DNA of 64,000 bases from Gammaproteobacteria bacterium. GTDB taxonomy: Bacteria > Pseudomonadota > Gammaproteobacteria > Poriferisulfidales > GCA-002705445. The stretch covers positions 2,544 to 66,543 of the forward strand of contig JABGXU010000008.1 in assembly GCA_018675635.1 (NCBI GenBank), read 5' to 3'. Below the pieces are notes generated by a model. That model did not search any database, had not been told where the DNA came from, and was given only the letters and a program-made list of their open reading frames with translations. The translations under genes were made by a program, and so were the position numbers. Below, piece after piece: positions 31,441 through 40,874 of this stretch. Numbering within the stretch: the first letter of the stretch is position 1; every line of letters starts with the position of its first letter.

Positions 31441-32382
31441 TTAATCCTTGTCTAAAATTTTCTTTGATCTAGGATGTACTTTATCATAAACAGTCATTAG
31501 ATACTGATTATCCAAATGTGTATATATTTGAGTAGTACTAATATTTTCATGGCCCAAAAACTCTTGTACAGCACGAATATTACCAGAAGATTCAAGCAAA
31601 TGAGTTGCGACTGTATGCCTTAATTTGTGGGGATACAATTTTTGTTCTACCCCAGAAGCTTTAGCTAATAAAGACATTCTTAATTGAATATTTCTAACGG
31701 ATAAAAATTTTCCTCTTAAGCCTATAAATAAAAAATCTTCAGAATTATTTAATAAATAAGATTTTCTAATTTTAATCCAAGCATGAATTGCTTCAACTGC
31801 TTTAGAGCCAACAGGAACTATTCTAGTTTTATTACCTTTACCCACAACTCTCAACATAGATTCGTTAAAATTAATACTAGAAAGTTTTAAACCAGCGAGT
31901 TCACTCAACCTTAGTCCAGAAGAATAAAATAATTCAAATATTGCAATATCGCGAATTAATAAATCTTTATTTTTATAATAACCATCTTTTTTTGTTTTAA
32001 TATCAGCTAATAAATTTATATCTTCATGTTGTAAAATTTCAGGCAAATGTTTATCTGCTTTTGGCGATCTTATATTTTCAGCAAAATTTGTCCTAATAAT
32101 TTTGTTTTTTACCATAAAATTAAAAAACCCTCTCAAACTTGATAAAGATCTTTTAATTGATTTTGGGCTTATTCCATTTCTATGTAGTGATGAAATAAAA
32201 TCCCTTATAATTTTTTCATCAATAAGTGATATATCTTCAATATGAACTTTATTACAATATATAATAAATGAATTTAAATCTCTTTTATAAGAAATTATTG
32301 TATTATTTGAATAGTTTAGTACTTTTTCTAATTGGAAAATATATTTATCTAATAAATTTTTTAATTTATTATTACTCATCAC
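31441..32382 (-). CDS. xerC: Tyrosine recombinase XerC
   Basis: The R..HxxR..Y catalytic residues (LRHTVATHLL..., the final Y) and the conserved dapF-DUF484-xerC context. Confidence 0.8.
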   Translation of the reverse strand: MMSNNKLKNLLDKYIFQLEKVLNYSNNTIISYKRDLNSFIIYCNKVHIEDISLIDEKIIRDFISSLHRNGISPKSIKRSLSSLRGFFNFMVKNKIIRTNFAENIRSPKADKHLPEILQHEDINLLADIKTKKDGYYKNKDLLIRDIAIFELFYSSGLRLSELAGLKLSSINFNESMLRVVGKGNKTRIVPVGSKAVEAIHAWIKIRKSYLLNNSEDFLFIGLRGKFLSVRNIQLRMSLLAKASGVEQKLYPHKLRHTVATHLLESSGNIRAVQEFLGHENISTTQIYTHLDNQYLMTVYDKVHPRSKKILDKD

Positions 32383-33077
32383 TTTTGTATATGCTGCTCC
32401 AATGAATATGAGATAGTTTCAGATAATGAATTTAATAAATCAAATTGTAAATCTATACCCATCATTTCGCTTTTATACTTTACTAGGATTATACCTAACG
32501 GAAATTCTATTCCGAGTGGACATATCACAGTAGAATCCAAATTTTCTATTTCATCCCTTAAAGAAAACTTACTAATTAAATTTTCAGTAATAAGAATTGG
32601 TTTTTTTTCTAAATAAATATAATTAATAAAGTTAATAAAATTTTTATTTTTTGGAAAGTATTTCTCATTAATGCAAACTAAACCATTAAGCTTAACAAAC
32701 TTTATATCTATATGCATTGAAGAAAATTCTTTTTCTGCAAAATTCTCAATATAATTTATTAATAATTTAATTTCTCTAAATGATATTATTTCATTAGAAA
32801 ATCTTGTAAGTTTTTCTTGAATACTTTTGTTATTTTTCGCAACTTTAATAATTTCCTTTAGCTTGTTTTCCAATAAATTATTTTCTTTGATTAACGATCT
32901 AATTCTTATATCATCAAATGTAATAACATTTCCTTCATTTTTTTTATAAAGAAGCATTTCGTTAAATAATTTAATATTTTTATTTATTAGATTTGGATTT
33001 TCTGATAAATACTTCAGTACATTTTCTGCAGTAATTTCTTTATTTTGACTGTCTTGTTTTTTCTCTTTAGCTGTCAT
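32379..33077 (-). CDS. DUF484 family protein (YigA-like)
   Basis: Assigned by its position between dapF and xerC and its size (232 aa). Confidence 0.5.
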   Translation of the reverse strand: MTAKEKKQDSQNKEITAENVLKYLSENPNLINKNIKLFNEMLLYKKNEGNVITFDDIRIRSLIKENNLLENKLKEIIKVAKNNKSIQEKLTRFSNEIISFREIKLLINYIENFAEKEFSSMHIDIKFVKLNGLVCINEKYFPKNKNFINFINYIYLEKKPILITENLISKFSLRDEIENLDSTVICPLGIEFPLGIILVKYKSEMMGIDLQFDLLNSLSETISYSLEQHIQK

Positions 33078-33079
33078 AT

Positions 33080-33940
33080 TTATTTAATTTTATATTCACC
33101 TTCATAAACGTAATCTCCTGTTCCATATAAATAAACAGATTTACTAGCATTGCCATTCCATTTTATTTCAGCTTTACCGCCTTTCATATATATATAATAT
33201 TTATTATATTTTTTTGTTTTCTGGGCCATAGCCACGGTAATAGCGCAAGCAGCAGATCCACAAGCTAAAGTTTCTCCAGAGCCTCTTTCAAAGACTCTTG
33301 CCTTATATTTATTACCATTTAATTTTTGAACAATACTAACATTAACCCCTTTGTTGAAATAATTTTTTATATTAAATTGTCTTGAAAATTCTAAAAAATC
33401 TATTTTATCAATATTTTTAATCAAAAATATTACATGTGGATTACCAATTGATAGCCAACTAAATAAATATTTTTTCTTATTGAAAAGAAAAATATTATTT
33501 TTTGGAAATATTTTTTTATTGATTTTTAAATCTGTATCCTTAAAGCTAGGCTTTCCCATATCTACTTCATAAAAATTTCTTTTTATAATTTTTAAGCTCA
33601 TTTTATTAGTTATTGTTTCAATATTTATTTCTTCCTTACTTCTACCGTATTTATCAAAATAATATTTTGCAACACACTTAGCACCATTTCCGCATTGCCC
33701 GGATTCAGAACCATCTTGATTATAAATTTTATATTTAAATTGAATATTTTTTTTATTTGATGTTTCTAATATTAATAATTGATCGCAGCCTATTCCATAA
33801 TTTCTAGATGCGATTTTTTTAATATTATTTTTATTAATTTTGAAATTATTTTTATTAATTTTGAAAGCATTTTTTATTTGATCAATAATTATAAAATCAT
33901 TACCAAGGCTCTGCATTTTTGTAAAATTTATTTTTTTCAT
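33080..33940 (-). CDS. dapF: Diaminopimelate epimerase
   Basis: MQSLGNDFIIID and the active-site motifs GCDQLL and QCGNGAKC. Confidence 0.9.
   Translation of the reverse strand: MKKINFTKMQSLGNDFIIIDQIKNAFKINKNNFKINKNNIKKIASRNYGIGCDQLLILETSNKKNIQFKYKIYNQDGSESGQCGNGAKCVAKYYFDKYGRSKEEINIETITNKMSLKIIKRNFYEVDMGKPSFKDTDLKINKKIFPKNNIFLFNKKKYLFSWLSIGNPHVIFLIKNIDKIDFLEFSRQFNIKNYFNKGVNVSIVQKLNGNKYKARVFERGSGETLACGSAACAITVAMAQKTKKYNKYYIYMKGGKAEIKWNGNASKSVYLYGTGDYVYEGEYKIK
33832..33873. repeat. 21-bp tandem duplication inside dapF (encodes FKINKNN twice)
   Basis: TATTAATTTTGAAATTATTTT / TATTAATTTTGAAAGCATTTT, in frame. Confidence 0.7.
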
Positions 33941-33945
33941 ATTAT

Positions 33946-35211
33946 TTATATAATTATTTCTCTTGAGTATAAGTCACTTATCTCTTCTTTTCTGCTTATA
34001 ATAACTGCTTGTCCTTTCTTAATAATAATTTCTGCAGGTCTTGGTCTAGAATTATAATTGCTTGACATAGATGATGCATAAGCACCACATGAGCTTATTA
34101 CCAGTATGTCATTTTGTTGTACTGATAACTTTCTATCTTTTCCTAAAAAATCTGCGCATTCGCACACAGGCCCAACCACATCACACAATATTTCCTCAGC
34201 ATCTTTATTTACATTAATACAAGATATATTATGCCAAGCATCATATAATGCTGGTCTTATTAAGTTATCCATACCTGCATCTACTATCACATAATTTTTT
34301 TCACTATCTTTTTTAATGTATTCAACTTTGGTTAGCAAATAACCAGCATTTCCAACTAAACTTCTCCCAAGCTCTAAAATTATATTGTAATCTTCTAAAT
34401 TGTTATCCTTTATTGCTTTATTTATTGCTTCTCCATATTCTCTTATAGAAGGTACATTATTATTTTTATAAGTTATTCCTAAGCCGCCTCCCATATCTAT
34501 TAACTGCAAATCTATCTGATTGCTTTTTAATTGCTTAATTATCTTAGCAACTGATGTTACTGCCTCTATAAAAGGCTCTAAAGTTTCTATCTGAGAACCA
34601 ATATGATAATCAATTCCAATTAAATTTATAAAATCTTCCGTATGTGCAAAAGAAAAAGCATCCATCATATTGTTTAAATTAATTCCAAATTTTGTAGAAT
34701 TTAAACCAGTCGCTATATACTCATGAGAACCAGGATCAATATTTGGGTTAACTCTTATTGCTACCGGCGCGTTAATTTTTAACTTTGAAGCAATCATGCT
34801 AATACGTTTTAGTTCTTCAATAGACTCAACATTGATGCAATGAATTCCTATTTTGATAGAACGCTCAATATCTTTTTCAGATTTACCAACACCTGAATAT
34901 ACGATCTTTTTTGGATCAGCACCTATTTTTAAGACTCTATCAAGCTCACCCATAGAAACAATGTCAAAACCAGATCCTAAATTTAATAATAATTTTAAAA
35001 TAGTTAAATTTGAATTTGCTTTAACTGAGTAATATACGTCTCTTTTTTCAGTACAAAATATATCTTTAATCTTTTTAAAGCTTCCAGATATAGCCTCTTC
35101 CGAGTATACAAAACAAGGTGTGCCAAAATTATTAGCTATTTCCTTACAAGAAACATTATCAATCATATAAGATTTATTTTTATGCTCTAAATTCATTTTG
35201 TTTATTTTCAT
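33946..35211 (-). CDS. lysA: Diaminopimelate decarboxylase
   Basis: PLP fold-III decarboxylase motifs (FGTPCFVY, YSVKAN, ...GGGLGI). The start was chosen at the MKINK Met. The track ORF extends to 35253 and overlaps lptM. Confidence 0.85.
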   Translation of the reverse strand: MKINKMNLEHKNKSYMIDNVSCKEIANNFGTPCFVYSEEAISGSFKKIKDIFCTEKRDVYYSVKANSNLTILKLLLNLGSGFDIVSMGELDRVLKIGADPKKIVYSGVGKSEKDIERSIKIGIHCINVESIEELKRISMIASKLKINAPVAIRVNPNIDPGSHEYIATGLNSTKFGINLNNMMDAFSFAHTEDFINLIGIDYHIGSQIETLEPFIEAVTSVAKIIKQLKSNQIDLQLIDMGGGLGITYKNNNVPSIREYGEAINKAIKDNNLEDYNIILELGRSLVGNAGYLLTKVEYIKKDSEKNYVIVDAGMDNLIRPALYDAWHNISCINVNKDAEEILCDVVGPVCECADFLGKDRKLSVQQNDILVISSCGAYASSMSSNYNSRPRPAEIIIKKGQAVIISRKEEISDLYSREIII

Positions 35212-35320
35212 AGTTAGCATCATCAGGTAAATATAAATCACCTGTTTGCCCACAACCTTTAAGCACTAACAAACTTACAAAGAAACACATTATATATATT
35301 AAAAGATTAATTTTTTTCAT
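35180..35320 (-). CDS. lptM: LptM (YifL/LppL-like) small lipoprotein, 46 aa, not in the ORF track
   Basis: MKKINLLIYIMCFFVSLLVLKGCGQTGDLYLPDD has a signal peptide, an LKGC lipobox, and the G-x-LYLP motif of LptM. Its position upstream of lysA matches Pseudomonas lppL. Confidence 0.6.
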   Translation of the reverse strand: MKKINLLIYIMCFFVSLLVLKGCGQTGDLYLPDDANYENKQNEFRA

Positions 35321-36707
35321 ATTCTTTTATAATATTCTTTGCTACTTTAATTTGTCTTTTTACTTCTTCGCGTGAAGTTCCTCCAATAGTTTTTTTACTA
35401 TCTACAGAACCTTTAACATTTAAATAATCAAATATATCTTCTTCAATTTTCGAAGATATATCCTGATACTCTTTTAAAGTTAACTCCTCTAAACCTACTT
35501 TTTTACTTATTGCATATCCAACGGCTTTACCAACAATTTCATGAGCATCTCTAAATGGAACATTTCTTTTAACTAAGTAATCGGCAAAATCAGTTGCTGT
35601 CGAATAACCTTTTTTTGATGAAATTTCTGTAATTTCCTCATTCAGATTCAAATTTTCTAAACATACATTCATAGCATTAAGACACATTAAAACTGTATCA
35701 ACACTAGTAAACAAAGCTGGTTTATCTTCTTGATTATCTCTGTTATATGCAAATGGTTGAGCTTTCATAATCGTAAGAATATTCATTAATTGACCATAAA
35801 CACTTCCAGTTTTTCCTCTAATTAACTCTAACACATCAGGATTTTTTTTCTGGGGCATAATTGAAGACCCAGTGCAGACTTTATCCTCTAATTCAACAAA
35901 GTTGTACATAGTAGAGCACCAAATTATAATTTCTTCAGAAAATCTTGATAAATGAGACATTAGTAACGAAGAATTACTAATAAACTCAATTATAAAATCT
36001 CTGTCACTTACGCTATCTAATGCATTATCAGTTACTGAATCAAACTCTAATAATTTAGCAACATAATTTCTATCAAGCTCATGAGATGAGCCAGATAATG
36101 CCCCAGATCCAAGCGGTGATATATTTACTCTTTTATAACTATCAATAAATCTTGATTTATCTCTTTCTAACATAAAAAACCAAGCCATCATTATAAATCC
36201 AAATGTTATAGGTTGTGCAATCTGTAAATGAGTAAACCCAGGAATAATGCTGTTTGAATACTTGTCAGCTAACTTAATAAGAGTTTTTTGTAAAAGAACA
36301 ATGTTATCGAAGACCTCTATAATTTCGTCTCTGACATATAATCTTATATCTGTTGCAACTTGGTCATTTCTAGATCTTCCAGTATGAATTTTTTTTGCTG
36401 TATCTCCAATTAATTCAATAAGCTCATGCTCGATATGCATATGAATATCTTCTAATGAATCTTCCCAAACAATTTGGTCTTTTTCTATTTTTTTCTCAAC
36501 TTTTACTAAAGCTGAAAGGATTTCTTTGAGTTCGCTATCAGATAAGATACCTATGGATTTTAACATCATAGAGTGTGCTACAGTGCCCTGAATATCATAC
36601 GAATATAGTCTTTTATCGAAATCAATCGATGAAGTGAAGCTTTCTACAAACTTATCAGTTTCTTCAGAAAATCTTCCTTGCCAAGGTTTTTTTGTATTCT
36701 TTGTCAT
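35307..36707 (-). CDS. argH: Argininosuccinate lyase
   Basis: 466 aa with the fumarate-lyase signature GSSIMPQKKNPD. Confidence 0.9.
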   Translation of the reverse strand: MTKNTKKPWQGRFSEETDKFVESFTSSIDFDKRLYSYDIQGTVAHSMMLKSIGILSDSELKEILSALVKVEKKIEKDQIVWEDSLEDIHMHIEHELIELIGDTAKKIHTGRSRNDQVATDIRLYVRDEIIEVFDNIVLLQKTLIKLADKYSNSIIPGFTHLQIAQPITFGFIMMAWFFMLERDKSRFIDSYKRVNISPLGSGALSGSSHELDRNYVAKLLEFDSVTDNALDSVSDRDFIIEFISNSSLLMSHLSRFSEEIIIWCSTMYNFVELEDKVCTGSSIMPQKKNPDVLELIRGKTGSVYGQLMNILTIMKAQPFAYNRDNQEDKPALFTSVDTVLMCLNAMNVCLENLNLNEEITEISSKKGYSTATDFADYLVKRNVPFRDAHEIVGKAVGYAISKKVGLEELTLKEYQDISSKIEEDIFDYLNVKGSVDSKKTIGGTSREEVKRQIKVAKNIIKEYEKN

Positions 36708-36759
36708 TCTGAAATACTATTCAATATAATTATAAGCAAGTATACATTAAGTTGACAAT

Positions 36760-37683
36760 ATGAACGAAAGTTTAATGCCTAAAATTATAAGAATTGCCAC
36801 TAGAAAGAGTCCTTTAGCATTATGGCAAGCCACAAGGGTTAGCGAATTATTAAAAAAAATCGATAATTCTATTAACGTTGAATTAGTTAAAATAACTACT
36901 TCTGGAGATAAAATTTTAGAAAAACCTCTTTATAATATTGGTGGCAAATCACTTTTTTTAAAAGAACTTGAGCAATCATTGCTAGATAAAGATTGCCATA
37001 TTGCAGTTCATTCAATGAAAGATATGCCGGCAGAACTTCATAAAGATTTAATTATAAGCGCTATATTAGAAAGAGAAGATTCTAGAGATGTACTAATATG
37101 CAAAAAATTTAATTCACTTTTAGAATTTACTAAGAATTCTACAATCGGAACTTCCAGCATAAGAAGAATTTGTAATTTAAAATATGAATACCCAAATATT
37201 CAAATAACGGATATGCGAGGAAATATTGATACAAGAATTAAAAAAATTGATAATAATGAAATAGATGGAATAATACTTGCTGCTGCTGGAGTAAAAAGAC
37301 TAGGGTTAGAAAAATATATTACCTCATATATGAATAAAGAAGTGTGGATACCTGCAATAGGACAAGGGGCTATCGGCATAGAATCAAGAAAAGATAATTT
37401 AATAATAAACAATTTAATAAATAAATTAAATCATAAATTAACAAGCTTATGTGTTAATGCAGAAAGAGAAGTTAGTAAGTTTTTTGAAGCTAGTTGCAGT
37501 ACGCCTATAGCAGCAAATGCTATTATAAATAATAATAAAATAGTTATATCTTCAATGATTGGGTCAATTGATGGAAATAAAAAAATCTATCATAAAGAAA
37601 ATGGATTGGTGGAAGATTCGCAAAAAATTGGCCGTGAAGTTGCAATTGGATTAGAAAGAAAGGGAGCTAGAAAATTACTATAA
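36760..37683 (+). CDS. hemC: Hydroxymethylbilane synthase
   Basis: IRIATRKSPLALWQA N-terminus. The true start may be the second Met, at 36775. Confidence 0.9.
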   Translation: MNESLMPKIIRIATRKSPLALWQATRVSELLKKIDNSINVELVKITTSGDKILEKPLYNIGGKSLFLKELEQSLLDKDCHIAVHSMKDMPAELHKDLIISAILEREDSRDVLICKKFNSLLEFTKNSTIGTSSIRRICNLKYEYPNIQITDMRGNIDTRIKKIDNNEIDGIILAAAGVKRLGLEKYITSYMNKEVWIPAIGQGAIGIESRKDNLIINNLINKLNHKLTSLCVNAEREVSKFFEASCSTPIAANAIINNNKIVISSMIGSIDGNKKIYHKENGLVEDSQKIGREVAIGLERKGARKLL

Positions 37684-37685
37684 GT

Positions 37686-38405
37686 ATGTATATTTTAATT
37701 ACAAGACAATTAGAGCAATCAAAAAAATTTTCATCTCTTTTAAAGAAAAAAAATATAAAAAATTTTATATTGCCAGCTATAAATATTAAAAATATTAAGC
37801 CAAAGGCTCATGATCTTGAAAATTTACATAAATCTAATTTTATAATTTTTACTAGCCAAAATTCTGTAACATCGTTGATGGAAAATTTAACACCTAAAAA
37901 TCTACGTAATAAAAAAATAGCTGCTATAGGAAAATCAACAAAACAAATTCTTAATGATATGAAAATTCACGTTGATATATGCCCTAAGTCCGATTTTACA
38001 AGTGAATCACTTCTACAAGAAATTAAAGAAAATGCAATTATTAATAAAAAAATTCTTGTTATTAAAGGCCTTGGCGGGAGAACATATTTACATGAAGAAT
38101 TATTAAAAGAAAACACTGTATATGATGACTTAGTTATATATGAAAGACATTTACCTGAAGGTATTAATAAATTTTCGCCTTCTGTATTAAAAGATATTAC
38201 TCATATTTGTATTACTAGCATTGATGTGCTTAATAATTTTTTAGTAATATGCAATATTTTAAAAATAAAAATCGAAAAACATGTTATTTTTGTTGCTGGA
38301 AACCAAAGAATCGCAAATGAATGTAGAAATTTCTTTTCTTTTAATAAAGTTTTAATTTCATTAAATCCAAGTAATGGAGAAATGCTAAAAACAATTTTAA
38401 ATTAA
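37686..38405 (+). CDS. hemD: Uroporphyrinogen-III synthase
   Basis: Assigned by its position after hemC and its size (239 aa). Conservation is weak, as is typical for HemD. Confidence 0.65.
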   Translation: MYILITRQLEQSKKFSSLLKKKNIKNFILPAINIKNIKPKAHDLENLHKSNFIIFTSQNSVTSLMENLTPKNLRNKKIAAIGKSTKQILNDMKIHVDICPKSDFTSESLLQEIKENAIINKKILVIKGLGGRTYLHEELLKENTVYDDLVIYERHLPEGINKFSPSVLKDITHICITSIDVLNNFLVICNILKIKIEKHVIFVAGNQRIANECRNFFSFNKVLISLNPSNGEMLKTILN

Positions 38406-38421
38406 AAAAAATTTTAATTTC

Positions 38422-40485
38422 CTACACTTTCCCAATTTCTATTTCTTCGGTTATCCACCTTTTAGCTAATAATTCAGATGTTTTATCAGAGACCATTTCT
38501 GAACACTCTTTAGTATCTTTTAAAAATTTATAATCTCTTGTTATATTGGCTATTTTATAATTAATATCTCCTTTTTGTTTCTTTCCCAGTATTTCTCCAG
38601 GACCCCTTATTTCTAGGTCTTCTCTAGCAATATCAAAACCATCACTACATCTTCTTAAAATATCTATTCTATTTTTAGCTATCTCACTTAACCCTGGTTT
38701 ATAAATCAATATACATGTACTTTTTTTCTTCCCTCTACCCACTCTACCTCTGAGTTGATGTAATTGTGATAACCCCATTCTTTCTGAATTTTCTATAATA
38801 ATTACTGTTGCATTGGGAACATCTAACCCAACTTCAATTATTGTTGTAGATACTAATAAATTTATTTTTCGATCTCTAAAATTATGCATTGCTTTTTCTT
38901 TTTCATTTAATTTCATACTTCCATGAATAAGACCAATATTAATATCTTTAAGCTCCTTACTTAATTCATGGTATGTATTAACTGCGGCTTTGCATTCTAA
39001 AATCTCAGACTCATTTATTAATGGGCATACCCAGTAAACTTGATTTCCATCTTTGCACTGAGCAATAATTCTTTCAAAAATCTCCTCTCTTCTATTCTCT
39101 GACAAAGCTATTGTAATAATTTCTTCGCGTCCACTAGGCATTTCATCTATTACTGAATAATCTAAATTTCCATACAATGTCATTGCTAAAGTTCTTGGAA
39201 TTGGGGTTGCTGTTAAAATTAATTGATGTGGATATTTATCAGAATTTTTCCCTTTTGAAGTAAGTGTCATTCTTTGATGCACTCCAAATTTATGCTGCTC
39301 ATCAATGATAACTAACGCCAAATCAAAAAACTTTATTTGATTTTGTATTAAAGCATGAGTACCTATAATTAAATCTATATTACCCAATTTTATATCTTCT
39401 ATTATTGTTTCTTTTTCTTTTGCTTTCATTCCCCCATACAATAAAGAGATACTAATATCGAAATCCTCCATCATTTGTCTAATACTTTGAAAATGTTGTT
39501 CAGAAAGAATTTCTGTAGGGGCCATAAAAGCAACTTGATAACCATTACTAATAGCATGCAAAGCGGCAAACAAAGCTACAAGAGTTTTCCCAGACCCAAC
39601 ATCACCTTGAACAAGCCTCATCATAGGAGTTTTATTTTGCATATCCTTAATAATTTCTTCCATTACTTTAATTTGTGAGTTTGTCGGCTCAAATGGTAAT
39701 TTACTAATAAGTTTTTTAATAGGCTTATCATCGTTATTTAATTGAAATGATAAAAGAGTTTTGTTATATGATCTAATTCTTTTAAATATTAATTGATGAG
39801 CAAGCAATTCTTCAAAAACAAGCCTCTTTTTATTTTCATTATTAGAGCTGACTAAATCATCATATATAATGTTTTTATCAGGCTTATGAATATTTAATAA
39901 TGCAGAATTAATGTCCACAAGATTATATTTGTTTAAAATATTTTTTGATAATATCTCTGGAAACGAAATTTTATTCGATTTTAATAGACATAAAGATTGT
40001 TTAATAAAATTTCTAATACTAAATTGATGCAAACCATCAGTTATTGGGTATATTGGAGTTAAATACTTATCTAATTCAGGAATACTATCTGGAGAAAAAA
40101 ATTGACACTCAGGGTGTACCATTTCTTTAATTTTATTAGAAAATCTCAATTCCCCAAAACATCTAATTAATCTTCCTTCAGAAAAATTAGCCATTTGACT
40201 TTTATTAAAATAAAAAAATCTTAGTTGTATAAAACCAGTATCATCAGAAACTCTAACTACAAACATTCTTTTTTTATAAAATATTATGTTTGCTTTTTCA
40301 ACAACCCCTTCAATTAAATATTTTTTACCTTCGACTAAAGAAGATATTTTTGTTATTTTTGTTTTATCTTGATATCGAATTGGCAAATGAAATAATAAAT
40401 CCTCAACAGATTTTATACCTATCTTATTTAACTTGATTAACGATTTCTTTCCTATTCCTTTAAGATCCAAAAGGCTAGTGGTCAT
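38422..40485 (-). CDS. recG: ATP-dependent DNA helicase RecG
   Basis: 687 aa with helicase motifs GDVGSGKT, DEQH and QLRGRVGRG. Confidence 0.9.
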   Translation of the reverse strand: MTTSLLDLKGIGKKSLIKLNKIGIKSVEDLLFHLPIRYQDKTKITKISSLVEGKKYLIEGVVEKANIIFYKKRMFVVRVSDDTGFIQLRFFYFNKSQMANFSEGRLIRCFGELRFSNKIKEMVHPECQFFSPDSIPELDKYLTPIYPITDGLHQFSIRNFIKQSLCLLKSNKISFPEILSKNILNKYNLVDINSALLNIHKPDKNIIYDDLVSSNNENKKRLVFEELLAHQLIFKRIRSYNKTLLSFQLNNDDKPIKKLISKLPFEPTNSQIKVMEEIIKDMQNKTPMMRLVQGDVGSGKTLVALFAALHAISNGYQVAFMAPTEILSEQHFQSIRQMMEDFDISISLLYGGMKAKEKETIIEDIKLGNIDLIIGTHALIQNQIKFFDLALVIIDEQHKFGVHQRMTLTSKGKNSDKYPHQLILTATPIPRTLAMTLYGNLDYSVIDEMPSGREEIITIALSENRREEIFERIIAQCKDGNQVYWVCPLINESEILECKAAVNTYHELSKELKDINIGLIHGSMKLNEKEKAMHNFRDRKINLLVSTTIIEVGLDVPNATVIIIENSERMGLSQLHQLRGRVGRGKKKSTCILIYKPGLSEIAKNRIDILRRCSDGFDIAREDLEIRGPGEILGKKQKGDINYKIANITRDYKFLKDTKECSEMVSDKTSELLAKRWITEEIEIGKV

Positions 40486-40490
40486 CAGAA

Positions 40491-40874
40491 TTATTTTACA
40501 GACGCTATAGCATCTATTTCTATTAGAGCACCTTTAGGTAAACCTTTTACTTCTATTGCTGCTCTGGCTGGATATGGTTTTTTAAAAATTTTTTCCATGT
40601 GTTCATTTACTTTCCCAAAGTGTTCTAAATTTGTTAAATAAACATTAAGTTTTAATATTTTTTCTAAGGAAGAGTCAGATGCTTCTAAAACATAATTTAA
40701 ATTTATAAAAACTTGATTAATTTGTTCGCTAACATCTTCAGAAACTAACTTCATAGTTTCTGGATTTAAGGGTATCTGCCCTGACAAAAAAACTAAATCT
40801 CCTGATTTCACTGCTTGTGAGTATGCTCCTATTGCTGAGGGCGCTTTTTCTGTATGTATATATTCTTTGCTCAT
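40491..40874 (-). CDS. ridA: RidA family protein (YjgF/TdcF)
   Basis: 127 aa. The PARAAIEV...P motif and its position after spoT. Confidence 0.8.
   Translation of the reverse strand: MSKEYIHTEKAPSAIGAYSQAVKSGDLVFLSGQIPLNPETMKLVSEDVSEQINQVFINLNYVLEASDSSLEKILKLNVYLTNLEHFGKVNEHMEKIFKKPYPARAAIEVKGLPKGALIEIDAIASVK

Noticed and set aside
31441-32382. Tyrosine recombinase as a possible phage or island integrase
   Set aside because: It sits in the conserved dapF-DUF484-xerC housekeeping context. No flanking tRNA or attachment repeats were found. The tRNA-Arg at 16653 is flanked by dsbA and cytochrome genes, not by an island.
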